A stretch of 64,000 bases of DNA from Burkholderiaceae bacterium (GTDB lineage: Bacteria; Pseudomonadota; Gammaproteobacteria; Burkholderiales; Burkholderiaceae_D), in contig JAMNXS010000001.1 in assembly GCA_023653025.1 (NCBI GenBank), positions 10,490-74,489 on the forward strand. The letters run 5' to 3'. A model generated the notes under the pieces. It made no database searches. It was not told the origin of the DNA and saw only the letters and a program-made list of their open reading frames with translations. Both the position numbers and the translations under genes were made by a program. Shown one piece after another: positions 27,087-35,450 of this stretch (positions within the stretch are counted from its first letter, which is position 1; the number at the start of each line of letters is the position of its first letter).

Positions 27087-29195
27087 TTAATACCGGGTAA
27101 TCAACACCACCCGGAAATTGCGCGGTTCGATCGGATGGAATACGCGGCCAGACAGGCCGCTTTGGCCGCCGAAGCTGTAGGAGTCGCTGTAATAGTCGAT
27201 CGCCGAATGCCGGCTGTCGAGCAGGTTGAAGCCGAGCAGTTCGACCGCGCTGCGTTCGTCGATGCGGTAGCGCAGGCGACCGTTGAAGGTGGTGGTCGCA
27301 TCCGAACGCACCGAATTGTCCGAGGTGAGCGGACGCGGACCGAAATGGCGCAGCTGCAGCGCGCCGCTGAACGGACCGCCGCCATCGACGATTGCCGCCA
27401 CCGACGCCACGCCCTCGATCGCGCCCTCGATGTACGGGCCGTCGCCGCCGGGATCGCGAAAGCGCGCACGCGCGTAGGCAACGTCGGCATCGATGGTCAG
27501 CCAGCGATTGGCCTTGATGTAGTTGTTGAACTCCACGCCCACGCGGCGGCTGCGGCGGCCGGAATCCTCGGTGCGGCCCTCGTCGCCGACGTAGACGATT
27601 TCAGAGGCGCTGTCGAGCTGGAACAGCGCAAGTGTGGACTGCACGCCGTCGATGGCCTCGGAGCGCACGCCGATCTCGTGCCCGAAGGTGCGCACCAGCC
27701 CGTTGGCGCGGACGCCGGTGCCGATCGTCACGCCCCGCGCGTCGTTCGAGTGAAAGCCGTTGCCGACGCTGTAGTAATACTCGGTCTTGCGCCACGGGCC
27801 GAAGACGGCGCTCAACTTCGGGCTGGCGATGAAGTCGCTGACGGTATCGGTGTTGGCGGCATCTGAGCGGCCGCGGTTGGCGAAACGCATGGCATCGGCA
27901 CGCAGTCCGGCGACAGTGCGGAACCAGTCATTCCAATGCACATGGTTCTCCGCATAGAGACCGATGCTCAATTGTGCGATCCGGTCGCTGCGGCACTGTA
28001 TCTGCGGATCTCCGTTGACCGGATCCACGCTCAACGACCCGGGCAGCCTGCAACTCGCGTTCCGCATGCGCCGCGTGGTGCTGCCCAGGGAATTGTCGAC
28101 ATTGTCGTTTTGCAGCTGCAACCCCAGTGTGTTGGTGGCCTCCTTGCCGAGGCCGTGCATGGGCCAGTTGCGCGACAGGTTCAGGCCCGACGTGACGCGG
28201 CTGTCGCGCTGGTTGAACTGGCTGTCGGGCGAATACTCGAAGTTCGAATACAGATCGAGGTAGCTCCGGATCACGTAGACCTGCGCCAGCGTGGAGCCGC
28301 CCGCATCCGACTGCCGCCACTCGCCGGACACGCTGTAGCGCTGCGCCTGCGCGCCAGAGCTGTTGTCCATCGTGTCCCAGCGGGAGATCAGTCCGGCGCG
28401 ATATTCGTTGAGCGGTATCTGGTCCGTCGCATTCCACCGACCGCGGTAGGCCATCGCGGTCAGCGAGAAGCCGTTCGCATGGCTGCCCGCGCTGTAGCGC
28501 AGCAGGCCGTTGAGCTTGCGGTAGTTGTCCGGGTGGATCCACGGGCCGTCATGATGCGAGAGCTCAAGCGCGTACAGCAGTTTGCCGTCCTTGAAGGCCG
28601 GCGAACTCGCCAGCAGCGTGCGCGCATGCCCGTGCTGGCCGAGCCCGAAGCTGGCGATGCCGCGCTCGAGCGCGTCGGTCGTGTAGATGGCGGCCGAGCC
28701 GGCATTGGCAAAATCGCCGTCGGCCGCGTAGTAAGGTCCCTTGCGGTAGTGGATGGACGAAATCAGTTCGGGGATCAGCGGGTTCAGGTCGGCCCAGCCC
28801 TGGCCGTGCGCATGGCTGCGCTGGTTGATCGGCATGCCGTCCAGCGTGAGCTTGATGTCCAGCCCGTGGTCGAGGTTAACGCCGCGCAGGAAGTACTGGT
28901 TGGCCTTGCCGTCGCCGCTGTGCTGGCTGACGATCAGGCCGGGCATGACTTCCAGCAGTTCGCCAGTGCGGGCCACCACACGATTGCTCAGCTGTGCCGG
29001 GCCGGCGACGCCCTCGCTGGCCGTGTCCGCGACACCAAGCAGGCCGTAGCGCGAAGCGTTCACCTCCACCGCCGGCAGCGTGCGCACATCGTTGGCCAGC
29101 GCTGAGTCTGGCGTGACGGCGCCCACAACAATCCAACCGCCCACGGCGGACAGGGCAAAACGGCACGCCGAGGACGGGAAAAAGGACATGGTCAT
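27087..29195 (-). CDS. TonB-dependent receptor
   Basis: Signal peptide, plug PGLIVSQHSGDGKANQYFLRG, beta-barrel strands, C-terminal HPIEPRNFRVVLITRY. Confidence 0.92.
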   Translation of the reverse strand: MTMSFFPSSACRFALSAVGGWIVVGAVTPDSALANDVRTLPAVEVNASRYGLLGVADTASEGVAGPAQLSNRVVARTGELLEVMPGLIVSQHSGDGKANQYFLRGVNLDHGLDIKLTLDGMPINQRSHAHGQGWADLNPLIPELISSIHYRKGPYYAADGDFANAGSAAIYTTDALERGIASFGLGQHGHARTLLASSPAFKDGKLLYALELSHHDGPWIHPDNYRKLNGLLRYSAGSHANGFSLTAMAYRGRWNATDQIPLNEYRAGLISRWDTMDNSSGAQAQRYSVSGEWRQSDAGGSTLAQVYVIRSYLDLYSNFEYSPDSQFNQRDSRVTSGLNLSRNWPMHGLGKEATNTLGLQLQNDNVDNSLGSTTRRMRNASCRLPGSLSVDPVNGDPQIQCRSDRIAQLSIGLYAENHVHWNDWFRTVAGLRADAMRFANRGRSDAANTDTVSDFIASPKLSAVFGPWRKTEYYYSVGNGFHSNDARGVTIGTGVRANGLVRTFGHEIGVRSEAIDGVQSTLALFQLDSASEIVYVGDEGRTEDSGRRSRRVGVEFNNYIKANRWLTIDADVAYARARFRDPGGDGPYIEGAIEGVASVAAIVDGGGPFSGALQLRHFGPRPLTSDNSVRSDATTTFNGRLRYRIDERSAVELLGFNLLDSRHSAIDYYSDSYSFGGQSGLSGRVFHPIEPRNFRVVLITRY

Positions 29196-29445
29196 CGATA
29201 AGTTACTTAACAGTAACTATTTATCATACAGACAGCCAAAATCCTAACTCGATAGTCTTTTTTTGAACGTGGCAATAGAAATTGCCTATCAGAAATTTTC
29301 ATTGAAGTCCGTTACACTCGCTGACACGCCAAGTTTCGGTTTTGCCGAAGCCACCGGCTGATCCGGTTCATGCAGTATTCGTAACGACGCTTTGAGTAGT
29401 TGGAGTTGACACAGAACTATTAACAATAATCTTTCGGAGTTCATC

Positions 29446-30696
29446 ATGCGTTTCATCTCTGGACTGGCGGGTGCCCTGCTCGCTGCCTCGATGTTGCCGG
29501 CAGCCGTCGCCGACACCACGGACGTCAAAACCCAACCGACCGTCGAAGTAAAGAAAAAGGGCGCTCACTGCGAGAACGACCCGAACTGCTTCAACCGCTA
29601 TCACCCGAACATCAAGCCGGTAGCACGCGCCAAACCCGGCGACCTGATCAAGGTCCACACGCGCGATGCGCTGGACTCGAACCTCAACATCAACTCCAAG
29701 CCGAAGGACGTCACGGCGATCGACCTGAACCTGGTCCACCCGATGACCGGCCCGATTTACATCGAAGGCGCCAAACGCGGCGACGTGCTGGCCGTGACCC
29801 TGGTCGATATCCAGCCGGACGAGTACGGCTACACCACCATCGTGCCGGGCTTCGGCTTCCTGGCCGACAAGTTCACCGAGCCCTTCGTCGCCAACTGGAA
29901 GCTCAACCGCATGGAAGCAGTGTCTGACCAGGTGCCGGGCGTGCGCATCCCGATGAACGGCTTCATGGGTTCGGTCGGCGTGCTGCCGGGCGAGCCGGAG
30001 GTGAAGAAGTGGCTTGAGCGCGAAGCCCAGTTGGCCAAGGCCGGTGGTGTCGCACTGCCGCCGGAGCCGACCGGCGCGCGTCCGCCCGAAGTCTGCGGCC
30101 CGAACGGCAGCAACAAGGGTGAATGCCTGCGCACCATCCCGCCACGCGAGAACGGCGGCAACATGGACGTCAAGCAAATGGTAGAAGGCACCACGCTGCT
30201 GGTACCCTGCTTCATCGATGGCTGCGGCTTCTTCATCGGCGACGTGCACTATGCACAGGGCGATGGCGAAGTGGCCGGCACCGCGATCGAAATGGGCGCC
30301 GTGGTGACCGTCAAGACCGCGATCCGCAAGGGCATGGCCTCGGTCGTCAAGCAGCCGATGTTCGAAGGCGGCTCGCAGCTGAAGAAGCTGGAGCCGGACC
30401 AGTTCCACGCCGTGGTTGGCTATCCGCTCAAGGAAGCAGGCGAGGTGCCGCCGCAGTGGACCTACCTCGACAGCCAGAAGATCAAGCCGCTGACCAATCT
30501 GTCGAACGACGTCACGCTGGCCGCGCGCAATTCGCTGCTGGCGATGCTCGAGTGGCTGCAGAAGGAAAAGGGCCTGACCAAGGAGCAGGCTTATGTGGTG
30601 ACCAGCGTCGCCTGTGACCTGCGCATCAGCAACGTGGTGGACGTGCCGAACTATGCGGTGACCACCATCTGCCCGCTCGAGATCTTCAAGAAATAA
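29446..30696 (+). CDS. Acetamidase/formamidase family protein with a signal peptide
   Basis: HPMTGPIYIEGAKRGDVL, PPRENGGNMD, GDVHYAQGDGEVAGTAIE, ACDLRIS; N-terminal MRFISGLAGALLAASMLPAAVA. Confidence 0.9.
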   Translation: MRFISGLAGALLAASMLPAAVADTTDVKTQPTVEVKKKGAHCENDPNCFNRYHPNIKPVARAKPGDLIKVHTRDALDSNLNINSKPKDVTAIDLNLVHPMTGPIYIEGAKRGDVLAVTLVDIQPDEYGYTTIVPGFGFLADKFTEPFVANWKLNRMEAVSDQVPGVRIPMNGFMGSVGVLPGEPEVKKWLEREAQLAKAGGVALPPEPTGARPPEVCGPNGSNKGECLRTIPPRENGGNMDVKQMVEGTTLLVPCFIDGCGFFIGDVHYAQGDGEVAGTAIEMGAVVTVKTAIRKGMASVVKQPMFEGGSQLKKLEPDQFHAVVGYPLKEAGEVPPQWTYLDSQKIKPLTNLSNDVTLAARNSLLAMLEWLQKEKGLTKEQAYVVTSVACDLRISNVVDVPNYAVTTICPLEIFKK

Positions 30697-30760
30697 TTTT
30701 CCCGCACGCCGGGTGACGAAGAGCGAGGCCAGTCCTCGCTCTTCTCTTTTCAGCGACACC

Positions 30761-31339
30761 ATGAAACGTAGAACACTGCTGACCCGCGCCGCCGCGCTGG
30801 CCACGCTCGCCTGCTGGCCCTGGTCGCCAACGCTGGCGCACACGCCCTACCGGCAATGGGACATCTTCCGCCGCCGGCACCTGCAGATCCTGACCACCCG
30901 CAGCGACCTCGACGGCGATGCCGTCGGCGACGACTGGGTGGCGATGCTGCTCGAACGACTGCCGCTGTCGCGCGCAATGATCAGCCGAGCGCGGGACACT
31001 GCACGCTTGGCCAGCCTGCTGAAAACCGACCAGGCCAAGCTGGCCGTGCTGTCGCATGCCGACGCCCGGGCGATGACGGACGCCTCGGGGCCGTTCGCCG
31101 AGTACGTGCCGATGCCGCTGCAACTGCTGCTCGACGATGGCCGCTACCTGCTGGTGGCGCGCGAGAACCTGCCGCTGCACCATGCGTTCGCGATTACCTC
31201 GGCGCTGATCGAGGCCGGCGGCGCACAACGCCTGTCGGTGCCGCTCGACGGACGCTTCGGCCTGCCGGTGCATCCCGGCGCGCGCGCCGCCGCGCTCGGC
31301 GAGGCCATCGGCATGCCGGCGCCGGCGGACGGCGCATGA
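30761..31339 (+). CDS. Exported hypothetical protein (Tat-like signal), possibly a truncated solute-binding fold
   Basis: MKRRTLLTRAAALA...LA-HTPYRQW; stop overlaps the next start (ATGA). Confidence 0.65.
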   Translation: MKRRTLLTRAAALATLACWPWSPTLAHTPYRQWDIFRRRHLQILTTRSDLDGDAVGDDWVAMLLERLPLSRAMISRARDTARLASLLKTDQAKLAVLSHADARAMTDASGPFAEYVPMPLQLLLDDGRYLLVARENLPLHHAFAITSALIEAGGAQRLSVPLDGRFGLPVHPGARAAALGEAIGMPAPADGA

Positions 31340-32037
31340 GGTCGTGGCTGACCGGCTGCCTGCTGCTGCTCGCCGCGGCCCAGGCGCCGGCCCATGACGC
31401 GATTGGCGCGGAGGCGCGCAAGGCCTACCTGCAGAAACTGGCGTCCCTGCACCAGACTGCCCAGTCTGCGGCGCCGGCCGTCGAACGCGCTGCCGCCCTG
31501 GTCGAGACCGGACGCACGCTGGACGAGATCCGCGGCCTGCTGAACGAGGACATCATCAGCCACGGGCGCACCCAGGGGCTGGAAACCTCGATCCTCGTCG
31601 ATCAGCTGAATGCCGGCCCGCATCGTCTGCAGCTGTCGCCGCAGACGCGGCTCTACTTAGGCAACGAGCGCCCCTACCGCGACGCGCTGGCGCTGGCGCC
31701 GCGCGGACCGCTGGCGCCGCTGGCGCGCTACCAGCTGATGAAGAATCAGTTCTACGACAGCTTCGTCGACGATCCGCTGCAACCGATTGCGCAGGACAAG
31801 GCCCTGCTGCTGGAAATGATCGCCTTCGGCGACGGCTTGCGCACGGCGCGCGATGCGGCCATCGATGTCGAGGAGGTGCACTTTGTCCTCGCGCTGAATT
31901 ATCTGCGCGCCCGGCGGTCGGGCGCCCTGCCCGCCGCCGACAGCACCCGCCGCTTCGCCGAGTTGCTGGCCGGCTTCCGCGCGCGCTGGCCATCGAGCCT
32001 GAAGCTCGCGACACTCGAGGCGCTGGTACCGCAATGA
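31336..32037 (+). CDS. Exported helical hypothetical protein
   Basis: Signal peptide MRSWLTGCLLLLAAAQAPA-HD; ATGA overlaps on both sides; C-terminal part of ORF 30856..32037. Confidence 0.65.
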   Translation: MRSWLTGCLLLLAAAQAPAHDAIGAEARKAYLQKLASLHQTAQSAAPAVERAAALVETGRTLDEIRGLLNEDIISHGRTQGLETSILVDQLNAGPHRLQLSPQTRLYLGNERPYRDALALAPRGPLAPLARYQLMKNQFYDSFVDDPLQPIAQDKALLLEMIAFGDGLRTARDAAIDVEEVHFVLALNYLRARRSGALPAADSTRRFAELLAGFRARWPSSLKLATLEALVPQ

Positions 32038-33128
32038 GCTGGCGACTGCTGCTGATCCCGCTTTTGATGCTGCTGCAATGGGCCGGCGGCGCGTCGGCCC
32101 ATCAGGCGGGCAACAGCTACCTCGCCATCGCCTCGGATGCACAGCGGCTGTCGGTGCAGGCCGAGTTTCCGGTGAAGGATCTGCCCGAACTGCTGCAGCT
32201 GCCCGACCGGCAACGCAGCCCGGACCGCGAACAGGTCGAGGCGCTGGCGCCGGCGCTGGCGAAGCTCATCGCGGATTCGCTGCAGATCGAGGCCGAGGGC
32301 GTGGTGGCGGCGCTGACGTTCGAGGCGCAGCGCCTGGTGCTGCGCAATGACGGGCTGTACGTGAGCCAGCGCCTGGTCGCGCCGCCGCTGCCCGCCGATA
32401 GCGCCAGCCTGGTGTTGCGCTATCCGTTCTTCAGCGAAGACAAGCCGGTCGCGCGCGCCTTCGTGAAACTGTCGGCCAATGGCCGCGAGACCTCGGCCGT
32501 CTTCGACGCCCGCCACGCGACCCAGCGGCTGGCACTGCGCGAGATGTCGGCAGCGGAGCTGTTCAGCAGCTATGCGCGCGAAGGGACGCTGCACATCTGG
32601 AGCGGTCCGGACCATCTGCTGTTTTTGCTGTGCCTGCTGCTGCCCGGACTGTCGCTGGCCGGTCGCGGCCCGCGGCCGCTGGCCGTGCATGCGTTGCAGG
32701 TCGTGACGGCGTTCACCGTCGCGCACTCGCTGACGCTGGCGGCGGCGGCGCTCGACTGGATCGTGCTGCCGGAGAAGCTGGTCGAGGCCGGCATCGCTGC
32801 CTCGATCGTGATCGCCGCGCTATTGGTGCTGCGTTCGCGCGACCCAACCCACCAGTGGAAGCTGGCGCTCGGCTTCGGGCTGATCCACGGTATGGGCTTT
32901 GCGAACGGCCTGCGCGAACTGGGCCTGTCGTCCGACAACTTCATCGGCACGCTGCTGGCCTTCAATGTCGGCGTGGAGTTCGGCCAGATCGCGGTGGTGA
33001 TGGTCGCCGGCCTGCTGCTCTACCCGCTGCTGCGCTCGGTGCCAAGCATCGACCGCCTGCAGCGTGGCGGCGCATGGGTGAACCTGGTGCTGGCAAGCGT
33101 GTGGCTGGTGGAGCGGGTGGTGGGGTAA
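32034..33128 (+). CDS. HupE/UreJ family membrane protein
   Basis: HIWSGPDHLLFLLCL, TAFTVAHSLTL, FGLIHGMGFA, FNVGVEFGQ. Confidence 0.92.
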   Translation: MSWRLLLIPLLMLLQWAGGASAHQAGNSYLAIASDAQRLSVQAEFPVKDLPELLQLPDRQRSPDREQVEALAPALAKLIADSLQIEAEGVVAALTFEAQRLVLRNDGLYVSQRLVAPPLPADSASLVLRYPFFSEDKPVARAFVKLSANGRETSAVFDARHATQRLALREMSAAELFSSYAREGTLHIWSGPDHLLFLLCLLLPGLSLAGRGPRPLAVHALQVVTAFTVAHSLTLAAAALDWIVLPEKLVEAGIAASIVIAALLVLRSRDPTHQWKLALGFGLIHGMGFANGLRELGLSSDNFIGTLLAFNVGVEFGQIAVVMVAGLLLYPLLRSVPSIDRLQRGGAWVNLVLASVWLVERVVG

Positions 33129-33140
33129 TGGACCACATGC

Positions 33141-33263
33141 TCAATCATGGCCGCCCTCATGTTCCCGCTCCCTGGCCCGCTTTGCCTGCTCCCGCCGCAC
33201 GTCACGGATTTGGTGCAGGGCGAAGGCAATCACGAGGATGAAAATCCCGAGTTCTATCCACAT
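33141..33263 (-). CDS. 40-aa small membrane protein
   Basis: MWIELGIFILVIAFALHQIRDVRREQAKRAREREHEGGHD; single hydrophobic helix plus charged tail. Confidence 0.55.
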   Translation of the reverse strand: MWIELGIFILVIAFALHQIRDVRREQAKRAREREHEGGHD

Positions 33264-33291
33264 TCCCATGTCCGCTCCCTGATCGACACGC

Positions 33292-33320
33292 AAAAAAAAT
33301 CGGCCCGCAGGCCGATTTTT
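33292..33320. terminator. Bidirectional Rho-independent terminator downstream of pqqA
   Basis: A-run, AAAAATCGGC / GCCGATTTTT inverted repeat. Confidence 0.75.
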
Positions 33321-33355
33321 CCACAAGGACAGGCTGGCTGTCCTGGTTCAACCGA

Positions 33356-33430
33356 TTAACGGTTGGCGATGTACATCGTGATTTCGAAGCCGAAACGCAG
33401 GTCGGTTGCTGCCGGGGTGGTCCATGCCAT
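33356..33430 (-). CDS. pqqA: Pyrroloquinoline quinone precursor peptide PqqA (not in ORF track)
   Basis: Hand translation [24 protein letters not shown]: 24 aa, W-x-x-P leader, GFE-x-x-x-Y core; RBS AAGGAG. Confidence 0.95.
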   Translation of the reverse strand: MAWTTPAATDLRFGFEITMYIANR

Positions 33431-33652
33431 GATGTGCTCCTTGGTGTGATCGGGTGAGAGATTCTGTTACGCCGGCAGGTACTCTCCTGCCATGAATGCA
33501 TCATGCCGGCAGCCAGTCTCGCTTGCCATCCGTGAAACGCGGAATTGGCCCTGCAGATTTTCATGAGTGCCGCGCCTGCATTGCCATTCGGGCAAGGTCT
33601 CAATGTGCGTCTACCAGCGCCTCGGCCGCCGCAGCCGACAGCGATCGGCCGG

Positions 33653-34024
33653 TTACGGCACTTTCGCGATGCGCACGATCACCAGCCGGCCGTTGACCTT
33701 GTCCAGCGTGAACCGCACCCGGTCGCCGGCCGCGAGGCCGGACAGCATGGCCGGATCCGCGACCCGGAACGCCATCGTCATCGCCGCCATCTCGTAGCGC
33801 GGTATCGGCCCGTGCTTCAGGGTCAGCTTGCCGTTGTCCCGGTCAACCGCGCGCACTTCGGCGTCGATGAATTCGTCGCTGGCGGCAGCGGCCGGCGCGC
33901 CGTGCTCATGCGCATGATCGTGCGAGGCGGCCAGCGCCGGCGTACCGGACAGCGCCAGCAGGATGCCGACTATTGCGGATGTTGTTGCGGATGTCATTGC
34001 GGATGTCATTGCGGATATCTTCAT
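33653..34024 (-). CDS. CusF-like periplasmic copper-binding protein
   Basis: KLTLKHGPI, MAAMTMAFRV, GDRVRF. Confidence 0.85.
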   Translation of the reverse strand: MKISAMTSAMTSATTSAIVGILLALSGTPALAASHDHAHEHGAPAAAASDEFIDAEVRAVDRDNGKLTLKHGPIPRYEMAAMTMAFRVADPAMLSGLAAGDRVRFTLDKVNGRLVIVRIAKVP

Positions 34025-34042
34025 GGGTCTCTCCTTCCGGTA

Positions 34043-35437
34043 TCAGTGATGGCCGGCCCGGCGGGCAGGCTGGCGCGCCGCCGGCGGTACGGCCGGCGCC
34101 GCGGCGGGCATCGACTGTCCGCCGGCCGAGGATTGCGTCGCGTGCGCCGGCAACTCGCCCGTCCATTCGTAGGCCACCGACCCCGGTGGATGGCGGTACC
34201 AGCCCGGATCGCCATGGTCGCCCGGCTTCTGGTCGGGCCGCACCTTGACCACGGTGAACATGCCGCCCATCTCCACGCTGCCGAACGGACCGTCGCCGGT
34301 CATCATCGGCAACGTGTTCTCCGGCAGCGGCATCTCCATCGTGGCCATGTCGGCCATGCCTTTGTCGCCCATGACCATGTAGTCCGGCACCAGCCGGTTG
34401 ATCTTCTCGGCGATGCCACGATGATCGACGCCGATCATGGTCGGCACGTTGTGTCCCATCGCATTCATCGTGTGGTGCGACTTGTGGCAGTGAAGCGCCC
34501 AGTCCCCCGCTTCGGTGGCGTCAAATTCGATGGCCCGCATCTGGCCGACGGCGATGTCGACGCTCACCTCCGGCCAGCGCGAGGCCGGTGGCGTCCAGCC
34601 GCCGTCGGTGCCGGTGACGACGAACTCGTGGCCGTGCAGGTGAACCGGGTGGTTCGTCATCGTCAGGTTGCCGACGCGAATACGGACGCGGTCGCCCTGC
34701 CTCACCTTCATCGAATCGATGCCGGGGAACACACGGCTGTTAAAGCCCCAGAGATTGAAGTCCAGCATAGTATTGACCTTCGGCGTCGCGCTGCCGGGCT
34801 CGATGTCGAAACTGTTGAGCAGGAATACATAATCGCGGTCGACGCGCATGAATTCCGGATCCTTCGGATGCGTGACCCAGAATCCGTACATGCCCATGGC
34901 CATCTGCACCATTTCGTCCGAGTGCGGGTGGTACATGAAGGTGCCGGCGCGGCGCGCCTCGAACTCGTAGACGAAAGTCTTGCCGGGCGGGATCGCCGGC
35001 TGCGTCAGCCCCGACACGCCGTCCATGCCGTTCGGCAGCCGCTGGCCGTGCCAGTGTACGCTGTGATGTTCGGGCAAGCGGTTGGTGACGAAGATGCGCA
35101 CGCGGTCGCCCTCGACCACCTCGATCGTCGGCCCCGGCGATTGGCCGTTGTAGCCCCAGAGCCTGGCCTTCATGCCGGGCGCGAGTTCGCGCACGACCGG
35201 CTCGGCCACCAGATGGAACTCCTTGACGCCATCCTTCATGCGCCACGGCAGCGACCAGCCGTTGAGCGTGACCACCGGATAAAAAGGCCGGCCGGACGGC
35301 GGCAGCGGCGGCGGCGACGTGGCCGCGCCGGAGGCGGCCACGGCATCGGGCAGCGATGCCGCCCCGACCCGGCTGACGAGTCCGACGCCGAGCGCTGCGA
35401 CGCCGGCGGTCCTGAAAAAATTCCTGCGCGAGATCAT
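34043..35437 (-). CDS. Multicopper oxidase (Tat-exported)
   Basis: SRRNFF Tat motif, HWHG, MYHPH, HPVHLHGH, HCHKSHH. Confidence 0.93.
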   Translation of the reverse strand: MISRRNFFRTAGVAALGVGLVSRVGAASLPDAVAASGAATSPPPLPPSGRPFYPVVTLNGWSLPWRMKDGVKEFHLVAEPVVRELAPGMKARLWGYNGQSPGPTIEVVEGDRVRIFVTNRLPEHHSVHWHGQRLPNGMDGVSGLTQPAIPPGKTFVYEFEARRAGTFMYHPHSDEMVQMAMGMYGFWVTHPKDPEFMRVDRDYVFLLNSFDIEPGSATPKVNTMLDFNLWGFNSRVFPGIDSMKVRQGDRVRIRVGNLTMTNHPVHLHGHEFVVTGTDGGWTPPASRWPEVSVDIAVGQMRAIEFDATEAGDWALHCHKSHHTMNAMGHNVPTMIGVDHRGIAEKINRLVPDYMVMGDKGMADMATMEMPLPENTLPMMTGDGPFGSVEMGGMFTVVKVRPDQKPGDHGDPGWYRHPPGSVAYEWTGELPAHATQSSAGGQSMPAAAPAVPPAARQPARRAGHH

Positions 35438-35450
35438 GTCGGTCTCCGGT

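Noticed and set aside
29202-29229. NikR operator upstream of the TonB receptor
   Set aside because: One half-site TCATAC is present, but the partner 16 nt upstream (GTTACT) does not match GTATGA.
33431-33652. sigma54 promoter for pqqA
   Set aside because: No GG-N10-GC with TGGCAC/TTGC context found at the right spacing.
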